Part shown: one piece after another, positions 55,187 through 64,000 of the stretch
Numbering within the stretch: position 1 is the first letter of the stretch
Layout of the letters: each line of letters begins with the position of its first letter
From: Spizellomyces punctatus DAOM BR117
Lineage: Eukaryota
Length of the DNA stretch: 64,000 bases
Assembly (NCBI GenBank): GCA_000182565.2
Contig: KQ257457.1
Reading direction: 5' to 3' (one strand)
The notes under the pieces: generated by a model
Database searches by the model: none
What the model saw: only the letters and a program-made list of their open reading frames with translations
Told to the model about the DNA's origin: nothing
Translations under genes and position numbers: made by a program

Positions 55187-56479
55187 CTATGATTCCGACT
55201 CACGACTCGACGCCATCAATGTCAACCCACGAGATAGTTTGCCATCGTCGCCAGCCAGCTCCAAATACCGGCTCATGTCCCCTCGAAACGTTGCGTACAC
55301 GTCCGGATCTGTTTCTGGGGACGGTGACAGGGATGCAGGGAGTTCCAACGTCTCCTCATGCGCTACGGCAATATTCGATCCTTTTTTTGAATCATAATGG
55401 ATGAGTACATGGAGTTTGTTTATCACCGTTCCGAAAAAGTACTCACCCCAATCCTGCTCCTGCTCATCCCCAAGTTCAGACTCTTCCGCAACACTCTCAT
55501 CATCACTACCCGCCACATCGCATAAACTTTCCATGCTCACACTAGCGTCCAAATTCGCAACCTGCCTACAAAGAGGACATAAAAACATGTCACCCTCACT
55601 CAACATCCCTTTCACGCATTTAAAGTGGTAGCAATGCGAACAAGGAGCGAGGAAAAGTGCTTGGTAAGGACCTATCCCTGAGAGACAGATGCAGCAATCT
55701 TGGAGTTGGGCAGTGGGAGAGGGATCGCTTGTGGTGGAGTAGGGGTTGGCGAGTGTAAGGAGAGTGTGAAGGGTCTTTCGGAAACGGGTTGTGAGGTGGT
55801 TCTTTTTGAGAGTTGCACAGTGTGTTGGTGGGTGGATAATGGACAGTCTGAAAATCGGTGCTTTGTAAACTTCTGCTCATGGGGAACATAATAATAAGTT
55901 TCCAATGGTAAAAAACACCAAACCAGACTCCTTGACACCATTTTTACCTTCACTCCTCCCTTGATAGTCCACTCCCATTTGAATCACATCCCCACTCTTG
56001 ACCGGATAAGGCCGACTTTCCTTCCCACTCGGACTCAACCTCAACCGATTCAAAAACGTTCCAGAACTACTTGCAGTGTCCTTTAAATACACCTGCCCAT
56101 CCCTCCCGATCCAAAATTCGGCATGATGGCGGGAGACGACCTTTGATTTAAAGTAAATGTAATCGGTTTGTCGAGACGAGGGCGAGGATGGGAGGAGCAC
56201 GCCTGCGGCCGTTGTTGCTTGTTTGTGGGGGGTTGTGGTGGGTTCGCGAACTTGTCGGCCAAGTCTGATAGGAACATTGTCCTGCAGCTCACGTTCGATG
56301 GGATCCGTGCCCGTTGTCGGGGATGTTGGTTGTGGTGTAAGAAGGATACGAATGCTCTCAGAAGGGGTTGGTGTATCGGGTGGTGACCTGCATCCAAGTG
56401 CAACGGTGCGTAGAAAGCGGAGGGGATTCCGACTCTCGTTGCTTCCTTGGAGAAATGGCGGCGATAATACTGATGGCAT
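55187..56479 (-). CDS. FHA-RING E3 ubiquitin ligase (Dma1/Dma2-like)
   Basis: FHA domain LGR...FKSKVVSRHHA...SSSGTFLN...IQMGVDYQG. RING-H2 CCICL...QALFLAPCSHCYHFKC...CPLCRQVANL. Confidence 0.88.
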
Positions 56480-56999
56480 GGCGAGAAATTGGAGGCAGTA
56501 AGTGATTAATCTACCTAATTGATGTCCACTTTATTATTGTTTTTAAAAAAAAAAATACCCCCGACACGCAGCAGCAAAAGCAACACGCTGTGCGCAATCC
56601 CTCAGTGTAAACTTCACGATCGGGCCAAAAAAATGGGCAACGAAACCCTCAATGACGACGACCAAGGGCACGGGTACAAACACCCCGATCCCATCGGACA
56701 TTTAATCTGTAGATACTTGCCCATGTGTTATGAGCAGGTGTTTGCGACTTGATACCACTGGACGAGATGTCAAAAGTTAAAATGTAGACTACAGTTCGTG
56801 GACCCTAATCCACACTTGGAATCTCAAGTTACATAGCGGAACATACACGGATGTGATATCACAACCTTAGTCTTCGACTGCAAAACGGCTCTAGTCTGAT
56901 TGTCCATCACCCCTATTATCTACCAATGTACAACGTTTTCTGTTTGTTCCTGACCGATTCGACTCGTCTCTGATTCAAGAATCAGCAAAGGACGTTCGC

Positions 57000-57021
57000 G
57001 CGAAATCCGGCCGGATTTCGC
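57000..57021. repeat. Perfect 22-bp palindrome
   Basis: GCGAAATCCGGCCGGATTTCGC equals its own reverse complement. Confidence 0.9.
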
Positions 57022-57938
57022 CAACGTGTACCAAACTTTGTCCTGAGTGCAGGCATTCCGGATGACCACGACGACGATTTTAAGCATTTCCTGTCATGTC
57101 AGGTTGAGGTTGGATGGAGCTGCGTTCCCGTAATCATTCTGGAAGGAATAACGAATAGAAACGCAAGAAGGAGATGCTTACTATAAGAACATTAAGGGCG
57201 CTCTTCAGTGCACTGGTGTGTGCGGTCCGTTACACTTGGCTCCCACTCTGGTAGACATCTAGAGTATCCGGGACATAGGTTATTAGCCTACACCAGCAAA
57301 GCGCCCACAAAATATGCAAACTCGGAGGTTCGGAATCGCATATCGTAGCGGAGTTGACCTCAATTGAAAAGTAAATAAAAGCCATTTTGTCGAACGCCTC
57401 AAATAAATTCACACAGTTATCTTAATTTTACATAAACCATCAAGAAATACTACATCTCCTTGCCAATGATATAAACTATCTATAATAAATAACCAACAAA
57501 CTACTAAAACTAATGTGGTTACTCTACTTGAAAATGATTTTTCTATTTAGATACTCCAGCATCCTATTATCCAGGCTAAATCTAGAATTCATCCTCGGAA
57601 TTGAACCCCCAAGTTACCGCATTCAACAATAGTATTTGGTCCAGAGAAATCATGGTCTGGGCATCTCGCCAGTAGACTCTGATGAGCCTGTTTTCGGGCC
57701 GACCGGACGCTCCTAAAAGGGGACCCCCTCGGTCCCATTTCCTCCTTCTTTCCTCTCTCCCCATCCTCTTTCCTACAACACAACCCCTCGTTTCTACAAA
57801 GACTCACTCGAACTTCAAACCTGCTTCAAAATACATTTGCTTATTATCATATATCGGCACCCGATCGTCTCAACGGATTTGCCCCGGGCCACTTTTTCCG
57901 TTTCTGTCGAGTTCCCCACCCGCTAGTGTGTCGCACCG

Positions 57939-59657
57939 ATGGGCATGCGGTCAATACTTTTGCTCATGCTAATGTCGTGGGCCAATGCCTCTTCAACTCC
58001 TCAAGTTTGCACTTTTGCTTCGCTCAGCGATTGCAATTCCTACTCGGGATCCAACTGTACGGGGATTGACCAGTTGCCCTCTGGTATAGGAGGAACATGT
58101 GCAAAGAATGATCCACCACGGCTTTTCTTGTCGAGTGATAAAGTGTGCAGCACATACCCAGAATGCAATGCGACGACACAGGCAACATCCAGTGGAGATC
58201 CGTTGACTATCAATGGCCAAGCATACGTGGTTTCAGCGGGCACTACTCTCACTCAATGTCCCAATGATGGGTGCACGCAAGTGTTGTCGGCAGGAATGTC
58301 TCCGGGGAAAACAAAAGTAGGGGGAAGCATCCAGACCTTGACAGCTACCTCCCTGACTGGGGTATCATATGTTGTGGTGGGGCCTGATGCGTATATTACC
58401 TCTGACAATGGTGCAACATTCTACAAGTCGACTTCCAACCCACCGTCTCTCAGCGGCTTCACAATTGATACAGGCAAAGAAATCATTTCAAGCACCGCTA
58501 CTCAATCCCAAGCTAGCTACAACTACGCTCCTTCAAACGCAGACGACTTTGTCCGGGACCAAAACACTTGCAATTTCGCCATTCGCTTCACTCAGGGAGG
58601 TTTCAGTACGTTCGCTGGGACCACCATATTGGTTTGGAGAGGATCAAATACTCAGTGGTTGGTCTCAAGTAGCGACTGCCCAAGTGCTCTGGCAAATAGC
58701 AATTGGAGCAGCCGCTATGTGCAGACTTTTAGGGTCTTCATCGACTCCAACAATAACGGCATAGCCTACCTGACCGACACGGGCATTCTTTACAAAATGA
58801 CCGGTGGGTCGTGGACTTTGGTCACCGATACGGCCGGCTGTCTGGCCAACGGCAGGACATACTTTAAGATCTCGGGTACCTACAAGGTATACAACTCTGG
58901 GACTTGCCTCTTGGATACCGCTTCCACCCTAACGGGGACTCCCGCATACGACTTCACTTACGGCTCCCTTACCCTTTCGCCACAGCAGCCGACATCAGCA
59001 ATCAGACTTGTCTCCAAAATGGAACGACCTATGGGAAGCTCAGTGGCACTGTGGCGAACCCCCACTCTGAACTTGTTCTCCTCCCCCTCGTGCGCTCCCA
59101 ATCCGACAGTCAATGCCACCACTATTCTCAGCGATTTGATCTCCACTTGTGACACTCTGAATGCAGGCGACTACGCGATCAGCGGGAATGCGATTGTAAA
59201 GTTTGTAAACTCCAGCTTCGCCTGCAGCAGCCCTGACTGCATCGACATTGGGGACTGTCAGACGGATTCGTGTCTTTACCGTGAAGGTCAAATGGCCGGC
59301 AATGTGAGCTGCTCGGCAGGAGGTGGCATCGTGAAGGGTATGATCTACGTCGAAGACCCACCTACCCCTGACCCAACAAGTACCCCTGACCCAACGTCTA
59401 CCGCTAACCCAACAAGTACCGCTAACCCAACTGCCACACCTACTCCTCTAATCACAACAAAACTCAGTGGAGGAAAAATTGCAGCAGCTACCGTAACGCC
59501 AATCGTAGGACTATCGGCAGCTATGGGTGCAATGTTTTATATGAAAGCCGTTAAGGCGAAAGCTGTAAAGACTAATACTAAACAGGAGGGAAAAAGTACT
59601 GAAGAGGAGGGCAAAAATACTGAACGGGTGCCAGAGATCAGTGAAACTCCTGTTTAA
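57939..59657 (+). CDS. Intronless Cys/Ser/Thr-rich type I membrane (cell-surface) protein of unknown function
   Basis: 572-aa uninterrupted ORF with a signal peptide (MRSILLLMLMSWANA), Cys-rich ectodomain, Asp-box-like TSDNGATF, a P/T repeat stalk, a TM helix (IAAATVTPIVGLSAAMGAMFYM) and a short charged tail. Confidence 0.85.
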   Translation: MGMRSILLLMLMSWANASSTPQVCTFASLSDCNSYSGSNCTGIDQLPSGIGGTCAKNDPPRLFLSSDKVCSTYPECNATTQATSSGDPLTINGQAYVVSAGTTLTQCPNDGCTQVLSAGMSPGKTKVGGSIQTLTATSLTGVSYVVVGPDAYITSDNGATFYKSTSNPPSLSGFTIDTGKEIISSTATQSQASYNYAPSNADDFVRDQNTCNFAIRFTQGGFSTFAGTTILVWRGSNTQWLVSSSDCPSALANSNWSSRYVQTFRVFIDSNNNGIAYLTDTGILYKMTGGSWTLVTDTAGCLANGRTYFKISGTYKVYNSGTCLLDTASTLTGTPAYDFTYGSLTLSPQQPTSAIRLVSKMERPMGSSVALWRTPTLNLFSSPSCAPNPTVNATTILSDLISTCDTLNAGDYAISGNAIVKFVNSSFACSSPDCIDIGDCQTDSCLYREGQMAGNVSCSAGGGIVKGMIYVEDPPTPDPTSTPDPTSTANPTSTANPTATPTPLITTKLSGGKIAAATVTPIVGLSAAMGAMFYMKAVKAKAVKTNTKQEGKSTEEEGKNTERVPEISETPV

Positions 59658-59959
59658 AAAGTAATAATATGCGACTTTTTTTGCAATACAGAGTGTCACT
59701 TTGTTAAGCATTGATTCAGAAATGCTTCATTTGCTACATGGCTGGCATTTTAACATTTGCATTGTCGTGGTCGATGCGTCTCTGATAATGAAATGCTGTT
59801 AACCGATAGTCCCGATGAATCATAAAGTCAGATTATCAGGAACAAGCACCTCATTCCTTGTAACATGAACAAATTGGCGATGTTTTCCAACAAAAATAAA
59901 CAGGGAAGTACTTTTTCTGAAAAAAGGAGGATATCCAGGCGCGATGATTCAAAGTGAAC

Positions 59960-61060
59960 GTTTCAAGGAACCCCGGAAGCCTTAAAGAGCGACATAATTT
60001 TAAGCTCATTCCTGCATATCGAGATGAGAAACGTCCCATTTGGAAAGTGGGCAGGTAACAGTTACCATTTTCATACCGACTTCCCAGAAAAGGGAGAACG
60101 CTAGCAGATTATACTCCGAACCTAGGACTTCCTTCCACAGGACGACCTGTTCGTAATCGATGTTGATGCCAAACCGCCAGCGCAAAGATGCATGTCTGGT
60201 CATTACTCTACTTGAACGGGAATTGAGGATTTTGGCACTGCATGATTCCACCTTCCAAAAAGGCTGGCCGGAACGAAATACCAATGGCAAACTGACTTGC
60301 ATGTCCACGATATTGCAAATCTGCCAGAATGGATTCTAGACAATATTTTGGCAACAATGGCAAAAGACAAGCAACATTTTCTTGAATCAAGTGGATGGCT
60401 TTCACCGCCGACCCTGCTAAACAACCACGAAATTGAAAACAAAGTGGTCGCTCTGTTGAAAAAAAAAAGTGAATGGTGGCAAGACTGCTTTAGCCTGTCC
60501 AAACCAGATGAGAACAATATCGTTTGTATTGCGGCAACAGCGCCGTATAATGCAAGTTGTGTGTGGCGGACGACATGTTAAGAACAGTAATCATCCATTT
60601 TTTAGTCAACAACGGCGGCATTCTGAAATTCATCTGTCGTTCTGGCAGAGATTCTGAGGGAAACCCGTTTCTCCGGCATATTTCCACTCATGTCTTTTCT
60701 GATGAAATCCAGAATAATTGGCTAATTGCGTGTGGAAGTGAAAAGGGTGCGAGCGATTATTTCCAATGGTTTGTATCCTGACTATGTGAAATACGATTTG
60801 ATGTTGGTTACGATGAAAACAACTTGGCGTGTTGAAACAAAGGTAGAGGAGACCGCCTGCGGGAATTACGTTTTGCAACATCCTGCGGAAACATATTGCA
60901 GTCAATCGCAAAGCAATTGAAGCATGCCTTGAGTCCTCTTTAAAAGAATATGTCTTTGAGACTTTCACAATTTGGGAATACCAAAACATAAGATAGGAAT
61001 AACTTGTCAAGATCGACATGTATCCTTACTTTTATGATTCGCTTGGCAGCTCAACCGATT
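59960..61060 (+). pseudogene. Decayed Prim-Pol (bifunctional primase-polymerase) / zinc-ribbon / D5_N-like primase-helicase remnant
   Basis: Ordered motifs across stops and frameshifts: DDLFVIDVDAK (60141), MIPPS (60242), GTKYQW (60270), IANLPEWILD, then C-K-L-C...RH...HPF-LV...LKFICRS (about 60551-60642). Confidence 0.6.
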
Positions 61061-61354
61061 TATACCTCGAGAGACTAACTACTTCACAACGCGTAGGAAC
61101 AGAACATGGAGCTGCATTCAAGTACAACCTACATAGTGTGGAGGCGATTGAAAAGGGCACTAGGACCCATTATTATCCGGATTAATCCGGTTAATCATAT
61201 CGCATAATCAGAACCCCCCTCTATCGCTCAGATTGGTGTGGCATGTATTGTAATGTTTTTTTTTAAACTGCGGTGAGGCGCATGCCAAAGGTCTATAAAA
61301 GGGGAGCCTTTTCCCTCTTTCCTCTTTACCCATCCTCGACTCGAAGCATCTGCG

Positions 61355-61438
61355 CAACGCTCATTGCGACCCACATTGCAACCTCATAGCGACCCACATT
61401 GCAACCTCATAGCGACCCACACAACCTCATCGCGACTC
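61355..61438. repeat. Tandem repeat, about 4 copies of a 23-bp unit
   Basis: Unit CAACCTCATAGCGACCCACATTG with variants. Confidence 0.85.
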
Positions 61439-61446
61439 GGTCAACC

Positions 61447-61797
61447 ATGAGAACGCCGATGTGGTGGTGTCGAGGACCTCGACCGCCCGACAGCAACCGT
61501 GATCAGAACCAGCGGCAACCAATCGGATCCGATAACAAAACCTACTATTATACTGCCACATTAGTTGAGCTTGGTTGGTATGTATCGATGGCATTTCTTG
61601 GATTTCTTGTCATCGGGTCACCTCGCTGACATGCAGTTTTTTTTAGTCTCCAAGCCTTGTCACTGAAAATCCACCAGCTTGTGACGCTGCCCAGTCGATT
61701 CGCTCCTGGTTGCAAGAGTCTGGCTTCAATGCCATCAAGAGTTCTGGATCAAGGCCTAGTAGGGACCGCGTGTGGTGGTGGGCAGTTATCCGGTTAG
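61447..61797 (+). CDS. Possible small spliced orphan ORF (93 aa) or gene remnant
   Basis: TATAAAA at 61294, ATG at 61447, canonical intron GTATGT...GCTGAC...TAG (61578-61646) and an in-frame stop at 61795-61797. No recognisable homology. Confidence 0.3.
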
Positions 61798-63749
61798 AAC
61801 AACCGTTACGTATTGCGTGTATAATTGCCTAGTAGTAGTTAGTTAGGTTTTCCGAACCGGTTGTCGCGCGGTTTATTCCCTGGTGTAGTAGCTAGTGCCA
61901 GTTTCTGTCACCTCTACACTAAGAAAACTATACCAAGAGCTAGTTTCAATTTCATCACCCAATATGCAGATGGCGGGCGAGAGTTGAATAAAAGAATTCA
62001 AGACATGTGGGTACAAATACCCCATCAATCGTTAACTTTCAATAGCAGTAACGTCAGTTCTGAGTGACTACATTACATTGACTTTCAAAGCAGTATGTTC
62101 CCTTTCTAATCTAAAATCCATCCTGGTCGTATTGAACGTCGTTCGCACCCTAATCAGTTGCATCAGCAACCCACAACTTTTCGTTGTCAAACCTCGCATG
62201 TCTAGAATCATGTCTAGAATGACTCTAGTACCAGAATCTCCCCCTCAGTGTTGCCTATGCGACCCTGACGACGAGGGAGCGCCAATATTTGTCTGTCCAT
62301 CCGGCCCCTTCCAACTAGGTAAATATTGCTTTGAGAAATTCAGGTTCAAAAAGCAAGTGCTCGATATTCTACCGGGCTAAAATGAGAAAAAATCTGTAGA
62401 ACAATTGGACTAGAGTATCCTCGACATGTAACCACTTGCGAACAGGTTTCAAAGCCATCGAGTCCAGCCTTACTGAATGGCAGCCTTGAATCCGATCCCC
62501 GGGCAAACATAAAAAAACAGCCTTACTGAGCATACAGGATTCAAAGTTTGTGGTATTCGCGATTAGAAAGGAGATGAGGATACCCATCAACTACATAAAA
62601 GATGGTGGAATACATCAAAATCATTTTGACGAGGAAAACTGGTCATGGCCTCTTTGACCTCTTCGATGTTCTAGAAGTACGTAGTGTGAGATTGTGGACC
62701 ATGTTTGGCACTCTTCAGGACACTCTCATTAGTCTGGACTGGGTTGTCGAAGGTGATGACGCCAAGTGGTCATGTTGTGCCATATTGATGGCATTCATAT
62801 TGGAAAGACCAGCACATGCAACAAGCCATAATTGTCAGATATAATAATAAATTCGGGAAATCCTCTTGGAGAACCCGATCTAGGTAAATAATTTCGCTAG
62901 TTGAATTTGTTTTGGGAGGAAATCTCACAGACTATATTATCAAAGGCAGATATCCTTCTTTCGATGCTGCTATCAAGCTCATAGTCTGGATGCCCTCTAT
63001 GTGCAGGATTTACTAGATATCCTAGTCGCTTCTTGCTGTAGACGCCGATGAACAGGCACCAACCGAACCATAACCCAAAATCCCCTTCCATCTGTTGACG
63101 TCGGTATATTGGGCACCACAAAACTAGCCATTATTTCCCTATGGATTTTGCATATTCTACTGAACTGAACAAATGGACAAATCACAAATTAATTAAAAAA
63201 GGTCCACACATTTCGTCGATATAAAGCCTCCTTTACGCCTAGATGCCATTGTGTCGCACCTTGCCGTCCTCAATGTGGATCAAGAGATGCTTCCGTCGTC
63301 TATCATCAGTGATGACCACAGAACCTTTATTGCTCCTGATATGATGGAACGAGTATACATGAAAGTAACTGGATTTTCCCAAAAAGATCCCGCCAAGCTA
63401 CTAGTAATAGGTGGGGGGATGGCCCTTGTAAATATGACGAAACCTGTTTCTGTTCCAGCCGTCCTTTGATGCCTAGCATTCGCCATCCTGCCAATCGCTC
63501 TTTATTTCTCGCTATCTTTTACTCCCTTAATCCATAGACTATATTTACTTGATTGCAAAGTACAACCTTGGGAGAAAGGGTACAGAGCGCCCGATACTGC
63601 AGCCATTTGCGGATACTCGTGATGGACAGTGTGGAGGTATAGGACGACGCTGTGGGTTGACAAGAATATTGGGCGATTGCAAAAAATCGCAGGGAGACTA
63701 TAGATGATATTCATCCTCGTAAAACTCTGAGGCTCTGTCACTGTAACGA

Positions 63750-63822
63750 GGGCCTATGGCCCAATGGATAAGGCGCCTGACTACGGATCAGGAGATTCCA
63801 GGTTCGAATCCTGGTAGGCTCG
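63750..63822 (+). tRNA. tRNA-Arg (ACG)
   Basis: 73 nt. Acceptor stem GGGCCTA/TAGGCTC, D-arm TGGCCCAATGGATAAGGC, anticodon arm CCTGA-CTACGGA-TCAGG, and T-loop GGTTCGAATCC. Confidence 0.97.
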
Positions 63823-64000
63823 TGCATATGCTCCAAAGCGTCCAAATTTTTTTTAATAATCTCTGTTGGGTTCACACTTTTTGCCCGTTTCTGTACTTTG
63901 GTTTTCTGCGAGCCGGCGCATCAGATGGGAACGAAAAGAAAGCCAAGTGTTGTGATGGATGAGTTTTTTCATGGATATGCATATGTGTAGATGCGGATGC

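Noticed and set aside
57225-57300. GSHSGRHL as a hAT transposase fragment
   Set aside because: A single short motif with no supporting flanking DDE-domain sequence.
61355-61438. CRISPR-like array
   Set aside because: The repeats are directly adjacent with no unique spacers, there are no cas genes, and the context is eukaryotic.
57587-63719. 11-bp direct repeat ATTCATCCTCG (57587 and 63709) as a target-site duplication or att site
   Set aside because: Several 11-mer matches are expected by chance within 7 kb, and it does not match the tRNA sequence.
63756-63962. 68-aa ORF MAQWIRRLTTDQEIPGSNPG
   Set aside because: It is a translation of the tRNA-Arg gene.

Overview
Compact, intron-rich eukaryotic DNA. 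Flagellar genes (SPAG16/PF20, TPGS2, WDR87/97-like) sit next to fungal-type genes (GDE1, Csm1/Pcs1, Dma1, DUF726), which points to a zoosporic fungus such as a chytrid. From 1 to about 56.5 kb the window holds about 24 densely packed genes, mostly conserved: TAD2, GPALPP1, a DAG-lipase-like gene, GDE1, a CCDC92/74-like gene, PP2A-C, SmD2, a CINP-like gene, V-ATPase c, SF3B5, S1P lyase, Lon/PIM1, TPGS2, SPAG16, TMCO4/DUF726, a WDR87/97-like gene, Csm1, a histidine phosphatase, RPO41, a calmodulin-like gene, a kinase-WW gene, a large-subunit catalase and an FHA-RING ligase. The last ~7 kb, directly 5' of a tRNA-Arg(ACG) gene, looks different. It has no recognisable host genes, one intact intronless type-I membrane protein ORF, a frameshifted remnant of a Prim-Pol/zinc-ribbon/D5_N-type primase-helicase, two diverged direct-repeat promoter-like modules, related palindromes and decayed ORFs. 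I interpret this as a degenerate DNA-virus-like or mobile-element island. All calls come from motif recognition by eye, with no database searches. CDS coordinates span introns, and some start codons are estimates.
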